Positions 50,040 to 62,650 of a stretch of 64,000 nucleotides of DNA are shown here, piece by piece. The position numbers and the translations under genes are program-made. The stretch covers positions 84,320,001 through 84,384,000 of the forward strand of contig NC_135896.1 of the NCBI RefSeq assembly GCF_964194155.1. The letters run 5' to 3'. This DNA comes from Cetorhinus maximus (lineage: Eukaryota). The notes under the pieces were generated by a model. It was not told the origin of the DNA. It saw only the letters and a program-made list of their open reading frames with translations, and made no database searches. Position 1 is the first letter of the stretch; each line of letters begins with the position of its first letter.

Positions 50040-50869
50040 TTGAATTCCTTGACTGGAGGTTTCTTTAGCAGATATGTCCTTCTGTCTTGTCAACACAGAT
50101 TTCCTAGAATGCAGGACACTTTAAAATGGCCTAACTTGCCTCAGCCATGGCACTGTGCAATTCAAACGGGACATTCTTCCTGTATGTGGACCTTCTTCCC
50201 GTCACAGAAAAGACATAGGAAAATGGAGGTTGGGGCCTTTTCAGGCATATCCCTTGCTTTACTTTTGGAATTAAAACCCACAAGCCTAACGACTTAATCA
50301 GGTTGTTCCTGCCGGATTTCCCTCACATTTCATACAAAGACCATATTCTGCCTCCACTCTTTGGCCTGTCTGGCCAGTTGTACAGCTTTGCTTAAATCTA
50401 AATCTTCCCGAGATTTTAAGGAGTCAGAGAGATCCTCATCTAAAACGTCAACGGCTATTCCATCTCTAATCAGGTTGTCTTTTCGGGTTCCAAACTCACA
50501 ATTTTTGGCTAGGCAATACAAGTCATTGATGAATGAGTTAATCCCTCCACCTTGTTTTTGATGGCGGCGATTAAATTTCGCCCTCTCTATGACAGTATTT
50601 TTTACGAAGACTGAAGTATGAGTCAAAGACTCTGATGACATCCCATAGGAAGCTGTCTTTAGTTCACCCTTTGTCTGGCCAGCACATCATCTGCTATTCT
50701 CCCAACATGGTATAACAAAGTGCTAACTTGATCTTTGTTCTCTTTACTCGCAAGATCTGAGGCGTTGCGTTACTGGCTAAAATCGTCTTAGCCAATTTTG
50801 CCATTGTTCAGCTTGTCTGGGACCCTCCATGTTTTGAAATTATTCTGGTAGGGGAAAAGTAGTAGCCAT
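50040..50869 (-). pseudogene. gag: Gypsy gag with zinc knuckles
   Basis: MATTFPLPE...WQNWLRRF...DQVSTLLY...ERAKFNRRHQ...FINDLYCLAKNCEFG...CHG*GKLGHFKVSC. Confidence 0.88.
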
Positions 50870-51060
50870 TTCTCACCCTGATTCGAGGTTGTCTTTCCCC
50901 ACGCTGCTTGTCTTGCCAGTAGCTGCCCTGCTCTTGTTACTTTGTCACCTCCAGTGTGATTGCTGGATTGGCCTCAAAGTCCTTCACCCGCTGAGCTACA
51001 CTGTTGCTGGGCTTCACTTGAGGATTTTCCTGTCATGTTCTGTTGTTTCTCTGTGGGTGT

Positions 51061-51077
51061 AATCACTGCTGCCACCA
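51061..51077 (-). promoter_or_regulatory. Primer-binding site, tRNA-Leu-like
   Basis: TGGTGGCAGCAGTGATT versus the tRNA-Leu complement TGGTGGCAGCGGTGGGAT, 2 nt from the LTR. Confidence 0.7.
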
Positions 51078-51079
51078 CC

Positions 51080-51339
51080 TGTTATCATGGTTTCATCTCA
51101 GGGATTTGTTAGCTTCTTACTCTAGAAGAGATCTTGCTGGAGGGAATTGTCTTTTTTTTTTGAAAACACATTTATTTACACATTAACTATTTACGAAGGT
51201 TAAATAAGATCAAATCATAGCTGGAGCTACTTTCTAAGGTGCTTCTCACTCATCTTCTCTCAGTGTGACATCACTGTGACATATCGCTCCTTATGCACAT
51301 GCTCAGTAACTATTACTGGAGTTAACCCTTTACTCTACA
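51080..51339 (-). repeat. 5' LTR of the Gypsy derivative
   Basis: TG..CA termini, AATAAA on the minus strand at ~51172, bounded by the PBS and TSD. Confidence 0.85.
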
Positions 51340-52264
51340 GCAGATGGACCAAGTAGGATAAGGAGGGATAACTTATTGTGGCCACAGTTACACAGAATGC
51401 CACTTGTGACTTTGATGAGAGCCAGTTCAGCACCGTAGGAAAACCGGTTTGAAGGATTTCAAACGTGGAGTTGTGGGAAAGATGGGCATGGATTCAGAGA
51501 AAGACAACTTGTTCAAGAGCTTTGGAGAGGAAAAGGATGCTGGAACGGGGGTGGCAGTTTGTAAGGGTCTTGGGGTCAAGGTTTTCTTTTGAGGAGTAGG
51601 GTGATGATGGCAGATTTGAAGGAAAGGGGGATAATATCTGAAGAGATGGAACTGTTAGGAAAGGAAGCAATTTGGCAGGAAGAGGGTCAAAGAAGCAGGA
51701 TGTGAGTCTGATGGACAAGATGCACTTGGAGGGGAGTGAGAGGGCAGATTGGAGGGAAACTTGAGAAAGCTGCATGATCAATACAGGCGAGAAAATCCTT
51801 TCAACTCATTGTGTTCACAGCTTGTGAGCTGAAGTAACCCAGATAGCACTCCAGTCCATGGAGAACAGGCACCTCATCTCTCCTTGTGTCTGTATCTTGT
51901 TACCTGCTGGTTCTTCCTATTTGTACTTTGTATGTTTGGAGGCTTGGACAAGGTTGTTTTTAGCGTAGATGCTGCATTTGCGGATAGATCCTTAATCTGA
52001 ACACCTAGATCTGATTGGAACAGTAAATGGAAGTATATAAAGTTAATGGGAAGACAGGAAGCATTGAAGAAAAAAGATCATAGTCCACCTTGTCTATTTT
52101 CTACCCTCGCATGGTACAATGATAATGGAGTTGTTGACTAATCATAACAATCAATTACTATCGCTGAGTTTACTAGACATGAGATGAGGAAACTCCCAGT
52201 GCTGGAGAGCTTTGGGAACCATAGGTACCATTGGGTACCTGTTCCTCAAAAACCACTTATGACA

Positions 52265-55050
52265 ACAACAGCAATGGCAAACCCAGCCCTGTCGACCCTG
52301 CACAGTCCTCCCTACTAATATCTGGGAGCTAGTGCCAAAATTGGGAGAGCTGTCTCACAGACTAGTCAAGCAACAGCCTGACATAGTCATCCTCATGGAA
52401 ACATATCTTGCAGATAGTGTTCCAGACACCACCATCACCATCCCTGGGTATGTCCTGTCCCATCGGCAGGACTGATCCAGCACAGTGGTATACAGTCGTG
52501 GGGGGGAATGTTGGCCTGAGAGTCCTCAACATCGACTCAGGATGAAGTTTCATGGCATCAGGTCAAACATGAGCAAGGAAATCTCCTGCTGATTACCACA
52601 TACTGTCCTCCCTCAGCTGATGAATCAGTGCTCCTCCATGTTGAACACCACTCGGAGGAAGCACTGAGGTGGCAAGGGCGCAAGATGTACTCTGGGCGGG
52701 CAACTTCAATGCCCATCACCAAGAGTGGCTCGGTAGCACCAAGCTGGCTGAGTAGACTGGGTCTGTGGCAGGTGGTGAGGGAATGAACAAGAGGGAAAAA
52801 CATACTTGACCTCATCCTCACTAACCTGCCTGCTGCAGATGCATCTGTCCATGACAGTATTGGTAGGAGTGACCACTGCACAGTCATTGTGGAGACAAAG
52901 TCCCATCTTCACACTGAGGATACCCTCTATCGAGTTGTGTGGCACCACCACTGTGCTAAATGGGATAGATTTCAAACAGATCTGGCAACTCAAGATTGGG
53001 CATCAATGAGGCGCTGTGAGCCACCTGCAGCAGAATTGTACACAAACACAATCTGTAACCCTATGGCCTGGCCTATCCCCCCGCTCTACCATTACCATCA
53101 AGCCAGGGGATCAACCCTGGTTCAATGAAGAGTGCAGGAGGGCATGCCAGGAGCAGCACCAAACAGCATAAGCAGCAAGTGAAAGACAGAGCTAAGTGAT
53201 CCCACAATCAGTCGATCAGATCTAAGCTCTGCAGTTCTGCCACATCCAGTTGTGAATGGTGACGGACAATTAAGCAACTCACTGGAGGAGCATGCTCCAC
53301 AAATATCCCCATCCTCAATGATGAGGGAGCTCAGCACATCAATGCAAAAGATAAGGCTGAAGCATTTGCTACAATCTTCAACCACAAGCGCTGAGTGGAC
53401 GATCCATCTCAGCCTCCTCCAGAGATCCCCAGCATCACAGGTGCCAGTCTTCAGCTAATGTAATTCACTCCACATGATATCAAGAAATGGCTGAAGGCAC
53501 TGATACTGCAAAGGCAGTGGGCCCTGACAATATTCCGGCAATAGTACTGAAGAATTGTGCTCCAGAACTTGCCGAGCCCCTAGCCAAGCTGTTCCAGTAC
53601 AGCTACAACATTTACCCGGCAATGTGGAAAGTTGCCCGGGTATGTCCTGTACACAAAAAGCAGGACAAAACCAACGCAGTCAATTACCGCCTCATCAGTC
53701 TACACTCGATCATCAGTAAAGTGATGGAAGGGGTCATCAACAGTGCTATCAAGTGGCACTTGCTTAGCAATAATCTGCTCACTGACACTCAGTTTAGGCT
53801 CTGCTAGGGCCACTCAGCTCCTGATCTCATTACAGCCTTGGTTCAAATATGGACAAAAGAGCTGAACTCCCGAGGTGCGGTGAGAGTGACTGCCCTTGAT
53901 ATCAAGACCGCATTTAACCGAGTGTGGCATCAAGGAGCCCAAGCAAAACTGGAGTCAATGGGAATCAGGGGGAAAACTCTCCACTGGTTGGAATCATACC
54001 TAGCACAAAGGAAGATAATTGTGGTTGTTGGAGGCCAGTCATCTGAGTTTCAGGATATCACTGCAGGAGTTCCTCAGGGTAGTGTCCTAGGCCCAACCAT
54101 CATCAGCTGCTTCATCAATGATCTTCCTTCCATCATAAGAATCCAAAGTAAGGATGTTCACTGATGACTGCACAATGTTCAGCACTATTCATGACTCCTC
54201 AGATACTGAAGCAGTCCATGTCCAAATGCAGCAAGACCTGGACAATATCCAGGCTTGGGCTGACAAATGGCAAGTAACATTTGCGCCACAGAAGTGTCAG
54301 GCAATGACCATCTCCAACAAGAGAGAATCCAACTATTGCCCCTTAATGTTCAATGACATTATCACGACTGAATCCCCAACTATCAACATCCTGGGGGTTA
54401 CCATTGACCAGAAACTGAACTGGACTAGCCATATAAATACTGTGGCCACAAGAGCAGATCAGAGGCTAGGAATCCTGTGATGAGGAACTCACTCCCTGAC
54501 TCCCCAAAGCCTGTCCACCAACTTCAAGGCACAAGTCAGGAGTGTGATGAAATACTGTCCACTTGCCTGGATGACTGCAGCTCCCACAACACTCAAGAAA
54601 CTTGACATGGTCCAGGGCAAAGCAGTCCACTTGATTGGCACCACATCCACAAACATTCACTCCCTCCACCACTGACGCACAGTAGCAGCAGTGTGTACTA
54701 TCTATAAGATGCACTGCAGGAATTTACCAAGGCTCCTTAGACAGCACCTTCCAAACCCACGACCACTCCCATCTAGAAGGACAAAGGCAGCAGATAGATG
54801 GGAACGCCACCGCCTGGAAGTTCCCCTCCAAGCCAACCACCATTCTGACTTGAAAATATATTCTTCACTGTTGCTGGTTAAAAATCCTGAAACACCCTCC
54901 CTAACAGCTCTGTGGGTGTACCTACACCACATGGACTGCAGCCAGTGGTTCAAAGGCAGCTCACCACCACCTTCTCAAGGGCAGTTAGGGATGGGCAATA
55001 AATGCCGGCCCAGCCAGCGAAGCCCACATCCCGTGAGTGAATAAAAAAAA
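52265..55050 (+). mobile_element. CR1-group family B LINE, most of ORF2 (APE endonuclease and RT)
   Basis: NIWELVPKLGEL...DIVILMET, KAVGPDNIP, DIKTAFNRVWH, GVPQGSVLGP, FTDD, and an A-rich tail. Confidence 0.92.
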
Positions 55051-55316
55051 AGTTACTGCATATCATGTCTCAAACTACTCACGAACTGTATCCCAAAATA
55101 GTGAAAGAAATGAAGAATGTATTGAAGAATGAAATGCACCTAAGCATAGCTTGAACACTCCCAATCCAACTTATCCATACAGAGAAACATTGTGGGTTCC
55201 AACTACCACCACAACAAACCCTGCTTCTTCTCCTGCTATTTCCTACAATCTTCTCTGAAACAACCCTTCCTAGCATCAATCCTATATTTGCCACTTGTCA
55301 TTATGAATCCATTCCT

Positions 55317-55808
55317 CATAGTCATAGAGTCATAGAGGTCTACAGCACAGAAAAAGGCCCTTTGGCCCACCAAGTCTGCGCCGGTCAAACAAGTACCTTT
55401 CTACTCTAATCCCATTTCCCAGCACTAGGCCCATAGCCTTGTATGCCATGGCATCGCAAGTGCACATCCAAATACTTCTTAAATGTTATGAGGGTTTCTG
55501 CCTCTGCCACCCTTTCAGGCAGTAGGTTCCAAATTCCCACCACCCTCTGGGTGAAAAAATTCTTCCTCACATCCCCTCTAAACCTCCTGCCCCTTACCTT
55601 AAATCTATGTCTCCTGGTTATTGATCCCGCCACCAAGAGGAAAAGTTCCTTCCTGTTTACGCTATCTATACCCCCTCATAATTTTATACACCTCAAACAT
55701 TTCCCCCTCAATCTCCTCTGCTCCAGGGAAAATAACCCCAGTCTATCCAAAATCTGCTCATAACTAAAACTCTTCAGCTCAGGCAACATCCTGGTAAATC
55801 TCCTCTCC
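55317..55808 (-). mobile_element. Young CR1/HER1-like 3' fragment
   Basis: Very similar to 36298-36780. Confidence 0.9.
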
Positions 55809-56734
55809 TCCATAATGACAGAGCCCATCCATTCCTCTTTATCATGCTGTCATGTTTTAGTTTAAAATATTGTTCTGGCTTTAATTTTCTACACTATCTT
55901 CTAGGTCTCTGAGATCCTCTCTCATTCATTTTCTAACAGATTGAATAGCTTTAACACAAGTCCTTTATTATGATAGATCAATCTTAACGATTCTTATCTC
56001 CACTGCCTCCCGGCCTTGAATGTCCTTTCTAGACTAAGGTTCACAGATATCCATCACTAAATGCATTCAGAACCACAAAGCTCACCCATTCCATTTCAGG
56101 AAAGATAGGGGGTGACATTCGACACCAACAGTAATTCAAAATGGGTGTTAGTGAATCGACACCCCTTTATACACCCCGATGAATGTCTTTTACATTGATT
56201 TTGTGGAACTGTATTTGTTCTGTGTTTATCTGCCAGGAATGAGTTTGAGACACAGAATAAAATATGTGCAGGTTTAATATGGGTTAAATGAACCAATATA
56301 TTCTCAGGATCAAAGCTAAGATTACAAGTGATGCTTTGTCCCTTGTAGAAGAAGAAGGCATGTTACAGTGAACTCAACTCAACCCTCTCTCATCTTCATC
56401 TTCTGACTACTTCTTCTTTCTTACAATGGTCTTGTTTTTAAGCACAGACTTAAAGGGCATCACATCATCTATTTTTTGACCTTTGCTCTTGATTTTGCAT
56501 GAGGTGTTATTGACTCAACATGCCAAAGAATCAAAAAGTCTCCACACATTATCTAAGGATGTAGGAACATTTAACCCCTTGACTCAGTTCTGCCATGTAA
56601 TGAGATCATTACAGATCTGTATCCTAACTCCACTTGCCTTGGCACAATGTACCTTTATATCCTTGGGCAGAGGTTTACAGGGGAGCGAGTGAGTGGTTTG
56701 AGCAGAAGCTGAACCAGATGTATTATCAGCCCTG

Positions 56735-57205
56735 GCCCAGTCCCGCTGTCCTGCACAAATTTAATGTCCGCTGGAGTGTATGGTGGTGACACTTCCGCCA
56801 CTATATGGGGAGTAAATCCCACCTCTGAGATCTGCCGGCCAATCAAATGGCTGGCAGCTTCCTGTTCTCAGCAGTGCCAGTGGGAGTGGGGGCCACTCCT
56901 GGAACTGCAGCAGTCTCCAACAAGGATCATCGCTGGAGCCATATGGACAGATAAAGGGTGGGGGAGTGTATTGCTGGGCCAGGCTGGCAGGCTCCAGTGA
57001 GGGGAGCAAGCGGAGTTGGGGGCTAGGTTGGGCAGGGAAGGAGGGTGGGAAAATCTGGGGATTATCAAAGGTGGGGAGTCCTCCAATGGAAACGGGGACC
57101 TGTAAAGGAGGCAGCCCCTCCTCTACCAGCCACATCCCTGAGCAGTGTTCATCTGCTAGGTTTCCCACATGTCATTGGCCTCAGCTGGCCACTTAAGCAT
57201 CTCAA
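56735..57205. mobile_element. Harbinger-like MITE remnant
   Basis: Shares motifs with 14667-15422. Ends uncertain. Confidence 0.4.
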
Positions 57206-57562
57206 TAGGCACAAGGGCAGATGGACCATTCAATGCCTCCTTCTGTTGTTTGTAGAATTGCAGCAGTGGTAAGGATGGGCAGGTAGATGCCATGTAAGGC
57301 ACACATTTTACAGGCTGAGGACCAGCCCATGAAGGGGGTATTGTTGGTTGATTGATTGCAAAAGAACTCTGGAAAGCTACGCCATCGGGACTTGTGTGAC
57401 CTGAATGAGAGAGGCATTCATAGATGCTAGCCTTGTCAGTGTTATGCATACCTGTAGACTTTGAATAGAATATGGCTGCTGGTGAAAGCAGCTCGAGGTC
57501 CAAACCTATTGAGTGGGAGAAGTGAGAAATCCCATGTATCTAAAGCTGAGTTGGAAAGTCTA

Positions 57563-58792
57563 TGGCCATAATTCTCCAGCCCCATTGGCATCAGGCATCA
57601 TGGTAGGTGGGAGGGAACAATATAGCGAGAAAGCTAAAAATTGGTTTCATGCTGTCGTGAAATTGTCCGCTCCACCTGTCAATGGTGGGCTGTGTTTCCT
57701 GCCATCACACTCCAGGGACCTAATTTCAATATTTTAGCATCTTATTATAAGCCCTGCTCACCAGAATCATCCCCCCACGCTGGATCATCCAGGTACGTCG
57801 GTGTGATTGCACACTGACATGTTTCACAACTGTACATAAGCGATGTGCACCTGGCGGGCTGCACTTTGCTCAGAACTTCGAGGTTTGTTTGCCGACCTTT
57901 CTTCGGGCAGCACTTGTGGTCATCAGCACCAGGCTTCGCAGGCAGCACCACATCATTTTTTAGGGGGGCTCACGAACAGGTCTCTATCTACCAGATCTAC
58001 CAGGTCTCTATATACCTTTCCAATGGCTACAGGGCTAGGGTTTGCTTGGGGAAGGGATAGAAATATCTCAGGCAAGGGAAGAGGCTGCAGGGCAAGGCTT
58101 GTACTGGGGAAAGGTGGGTATCCCAGGGTGTGTGTGGGGCACATGTTGATCTGTGCAAGTGGCCTCAAGATGGTGAGGGCTGAGGAGGCAGTTTCCAGAG
58201 AATATCAGGCCAGATGGAGATGTGAGGGGGTGTGTGAGAGCGGGAGTGGTGATGTCCCTTGAGCTGGCAGTGAGTGAGATGCCAGTGAAAGTGTGATGGA
58301 CTTGTGAGTGTGTGTTTAGAGTGATAAGATTATTTCCTTACCCTGGTGACACAGACGAGATCATTCATCCTCTTTCTGCATTGGATGGCCAACCTTTTGT
58401 GTGCAGCATTGGCACTGACCACCGCTACCACTGCCTCCCATGCCAGAGTGGTGAGACTGATGGGCCTCCTGTGGCTAGAGTGGGGGTACAGGGCATCGCA
58501 GCAGGCATCCACGGTATCCAGAAGGTGCCCCAGGGATGCGTCACTGAAGCGGGGGACTGAAATCCTCTTGGCTTTCAGGACCATGTCTCCACTGGAGCAG
58601 TCCTGGGAGGCATGGATTGAGAACCATGTGAGCGGCTGCAGTTTAAATATGGCGCCCAGCATGAGGAAGTGGCGGGGTAACAGTGTGGAGGGCAAATCGG
58701 AGGCCGCCCACCAAAGAGAGAGCGTATTTCGTGCATAATTAATGAGGTGGAAATGGGACAATATGGCACATAAGCCCCCCATTGTGGCTGTC
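57563..58792 (-). mobile_element. Harbinger-like element with Myb exon 1, cut off by the next element
   Basis: Degenerate TIR-like ggccataattct at 57563 and a Myb exon. The right end is interrupted at 58793. Confidence 0.6.
58342..58584 (-). pseudogene. Myb/SANT-like DNA-binding exon (open frame)
   Basis: MVLKAKRISVPRFSDASLGHLLDTV...LAWEAVVAVVSA...QCRKRMNDL..R|gtaag. Confidence 0.85.
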
Positions 58793-59071
58793 GGGTGGAA
58801 TTTTCCACTCCAGAGACTGTGGTGGCGGGCAGGATAAGCATTGCGATTCCCACTGGGCAGTGGGGCAGGATATCAAGTCTGAGCTTACACCTTGAAGCTC
58901 AAGAATTATGCATTGGCGAGAAGCTCTCCGAATCACACGGTGGGGTGGCCACTGATACATCTGCCCTGCTGTCACTTAGTGAGGTCGAAGATCCTGGCGC
59001 CATATTAAAATGCCACCTGAACACACACGTTCACTCTCTGCAGCCCAGCTGTGTGGCCGCAAGCTCCAGGG

Positions 59072-60165
59072 ATGGCTGCAAGGGACAAAAATATTGCGCC
59101 AAGGTTTAGCCCCGGCTCCCTGGAGGCATTAGTCAGAGGTTTCCATCGGGAAGTCATCTATCCAAGGGCTGGATCCAGGAGGTCCACCAACCTCACCTTG
59201 CTGGCCCATAAAGGAGATCAGCCCTGCAGGAAAACAACAAATAAATGCGATTCAGTGCAGAAAGAGGATGAATGATCAGAATGATCAGAAGCCCCAGCCC
59301 CTAGGCCACCTCAGAGGAGCATATTGAGGATCTATTTGATAGAGACCCTCCATCAGCGCAGAGGTGCACACCCTGGTGGGTTACTGACCTGGATTGAGGC
59401 TCGGGGACACATTCTGGGGAACACCTCACTGACACGTCTCCACGGCAGCCGGACGCAGTGACAGCCCAGGCCTCTGGCGCACGGAGGACTGCTGGAGAAT
59501 AGGCACCGCTGAGTCCGAGTCAGATGATGAGCCTCTGGAAATGGCTGTTTCAAACATGCTGGAGATGCAACAATAGGCGGTGGAAAATCAGGTAGAGTTG
59601 CGGGAGGCAGTCAACAGACTAGAGTGAAGGATGGTGGAATCCATCTGCGTTCTCTTTGATGTTATGGCTCCGACATGCCAGTGCCTCGAGGTCTCCATGG
59701 GAATGGCAATGGCCACCTTGGAGACCTTGGTCTAGCAGATTCTGCCGGATTTGCACTCTGATCTGCACTCCATCGCTCTAGGCATTGGTGGTCTCCATCA
59801 GTGGATGCCTCAACATCACTCAGGGTGCCCGTTCCCCTCAAGGAGTCAGGCAGGGGCCCTTGGGCACTCAAAGGGAGGAAGACCATCAGCTGGACACCAC
59901 AGGGCCACCCACTCAGGTGACTCCGAGAGCGCCCAGCCGACCCCAATCTCCTCTGCCTGTGACCCCAACATCTCCAGCTCCACAGGCCGAGGCGAGTGCA
60001 CCTGCCCCATAGCAGGAGACCAAAAGCAGGCCAGGGCGCACCAGGCCTCAGCCCTCTAGAGGATGCAAACCGAGGTCATCTCAGGCAACAAGGCATAGCA
60101 TCCAGCAGGCTGCCTCCACCTCTGCTGCGGAGGTCGGGAATGCACCAAGGGTTAGGGTTAGAAAA
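59072..60165 (+). pseudogene. Harbinger Myb/SANT gene, internally deleted
   Basis: MAARDKNIAPRFSPGSLEALV...IQCRKRMND. The downstream part resembles 41000-41850. Confidence 0.75.
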
Positions 60166-60929
60166 AATAAGAAATGTTGAGATCATTATTGGGCACAGGT
60201 GTGCGCTCACTGTATACATAATACACTTTTGTAAATACGCTTGCTGTTCATGACAATGATCTTATCATTTGAATGTGTTGTGTACATGCATCTATGTACC
60301 TTCTTATTGCGAGGGTGACCCAAGCTCCCACTCCATGATCGCTTCCCATTGTGAGCCTCAGATTCATGTGATGTTTAATGGTCTCATGTTAGTGACTCTC
60401 CCCTTGTGCAATGACAGGGAGATGTGTCAAGCTCGTTCCTGAATGTGTCTGCACATTGAGTTTGGAACCTTTAATTCTTACAAGACACCATAGAGCATTG
60501 CCCACTCATGTGCTTCGGAGGGTTACAAGTAATGTTGTTTCACCAAGAATGAGCTGTCTTTGTAGCTTGTGCCAAAACACAAGGCCTGCAGCCCATGATG
60601 GTATCTCCAACGATTTGCGCACCTCTGTCGTCGCAGGAGGTGTCTCATTCAGGTGGCCACGGCTGCATCATGTGCAGCTGGCGCAGGGTTCGAGTTGGTG
60701 TGCTGCCTTGCACTTCACACAACAGCTATATTCATGTTTCCAAAAATAGGGGCCTCATGATCCATGAGGGTTGCAGGTCCAAGGCCGAATGCAGACCCTG
60801 CTTGCCATATAACTGCTTGTAAAGGACTTCCTGAGCATTGGCATGGCACTAAGGGACAGGAGGAATGCACTCGGTTCCCCGTGCTGGACCTTACTCCTGT
60901 TGGAACCTTGTGACTATCACATCTTCCGC

Positions 60930-62650
60930 ATCATGCCGCTTTGAGCGTATCACCACGTAGAAGCTGACCCTCATCATCCTCTTCAGGTTCCTGCTTTCCA
61001 GTCCTTCACCATCTGAGGAGTTCTTAGCCTCCTCCATGGACAGGCTTTTTGGGTCATCAGGCGTGCGCGGTGGGCGGGCCCGGGAGCGGCCGGGACATGG
61101 GACCCTGACTGCAATTGGCTCCCGACCGCGATTTCACACTGGCTGGTCAATTAACGGCCAACCAGCGCGAAACATGCTGGGGTGGGGGCGGAAGGAGTGC
61201 AAGTGCAGAGGTCTGTGCATGCACCAGGGAGCGCGTACTGAAAGCTCCCTGAAAGCAGGGGCTGCCTCAGGGAGCTGGGACTAACTCACAATAACATAAA
61301 CAGAATAAAAATTCTGCCCAAAAATGTATATTTATTTTTTATTTAATTGTGGAAACCTCATCCCGCCCACGGATGACGTTTGCTAAAAAATCAAAAGGCC
61401 ACCTGGCCAACTTGCCCACCCGCCAACCGTAAGGTTGCATGGGCAGCGGAAAATAGGTTTGAATTAATTGATTAAGCGCCCTAATAGGTCTCTTAATTGT
61501 TGGCGGGCGCGCCGCTGACTCTCCTGCGCACCCGCCAACCGAAATATCGCGATTGTGCGCAATGACGTCGGGACACTTGCCTGACGCCATTGGGCACCAC
61601 TTTACTCCCAATTGGGTCGGGCGTGCACCCGCCTGCGGGATATAAAATCCTGCCCCCTGGCAAATGATCTCCTCTTGCAGTGCCAGGTTGGGCAGGACGC
61701 AACAGAGCACGATGATGTGGGACCCCTTCTCTGGAGAGTACAGCTGAGCCTTACCGGAACGGTCCAAACAACCGAAGCACATCTTCAGGATGTTAATGGC
61801 CTGTTCAATGATGGATCTTGTCGCAGAGTGCGCCGCGTTGTATCTCTCCTCCGGGGCAGTTTGACAATGCACGAGTGTCATGAGTCAACTTTTCAGCAGG
61901 TACCCCTTATCACTCAACAACCAACTCTGTAGGCGCTGCTGCCCTTGAATATCTGGGAGTGCCTCAGGATATAGGAGTCATGGGAACTCCCAGGGTACCT
62001 GGCACAAATGTGCAGGATGTGCTTCTGCTGATCGTATGCCAGCTGAATGTTGAGGGTATAGAGCCCTTTCCTGTTAATGAACATCAGGGGCTGCACTTAA
62101 TGTGACATGTGGGCAATTGATTACACCCTGTATTCTAGGGAAGCCTCAGGTTGCCACAAATCCATTGTAAACTTCATATAATGATAAGCCTTACTGTAGA
62201 GGGTATCCATCGCCGCCTTTACACATTTATGTGTGGAGGACTGAGAGATGCTGCATAGGTCCCCGATGGATACCTGGAACAACCAACTGGAAAAACATTG
62301 AGTACTGCGGTGACCTTCAGGGGCACTAACAGAGGATGGCCTCCCGGCCTGTGTGGTGAGAGATCCTCCCGCAGAATGTGGCGGATATGCACCACCGCAT
62401 CTCTTGACAAGCATAGGCCTGCGCGGCACCGCCTCTCATTCATCTCCAAATAGGAAAGGCACCTTCAGCAGACCCTTGGTCTTACCAGTATTCTTCATTG
62501 GATGGGTCAGACTTCCTCAGCCTCTGGCTCTTCTTGGGGCTCCCCTGGACTACACACCCCAGGCCGGGGCTCACCTCGAAGCCGTGCTAGATGGTGCTGG
62601 GCCCTTCATCTCCTCCTCAATTGGAACCCTGGCATCAGGAAGGCAGCATT
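60930..62650 (-). pseudogene. Harbinger (HARBI1-type) DDE transposase
   Basis: FINRKGLYTLNIQL...ARYPGSSHDSYIL; GDKGY; ERYNAAHSATRSIIEQAINILKMCFGCL...IIVLCCVLPNLAL; acidic tail beyond the MITE. Confidence 0.92.
61038..61655. mobile_element. Harbinger-like MITE inserted in the transposase 3' end
   Basis: Termini ggacaggctttt / aaaatcctgccc with flanks CAT/CCT. Related to 18052-18758. Confidence 0.75.

Larger units (their letters stand above)
48251..51339 (-). mobile_element. Non-autonomous Mag-type Gypsy derivative carrying captured sequence
   Basis: TSD GCAGA (48246-48250, 51340-51344), 260-bp 5' LTR, ~45-bp 3' LTR stub (ttatcgtggtttcatct...gttagcttcttactc), PBS, gag and protease. No RT/RH/IN recognised. 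Confidence 0.88.
47140..51780 (-). mobile_element. L2-like LINE fragment split by the Gypsy derivative
   Basis: LHWLLVQQHLGLKILILIFK (L2 C-terminus) and FLSKALEQVV (RT start). The sequence is continuous across the GCAGA TSD. Confidence 0.75.

Noticed and set aside
52362-54953. Many short minus-strand ORFs
   Set aside because: Antisense shadows of the LINE ORF2.
60930-62650. Domesticated HARBI1 gene
   Set aside because: It has frameshifts, a MITE insertion, a TIR and a partner Myb gene, which mark it as a transposon copy.
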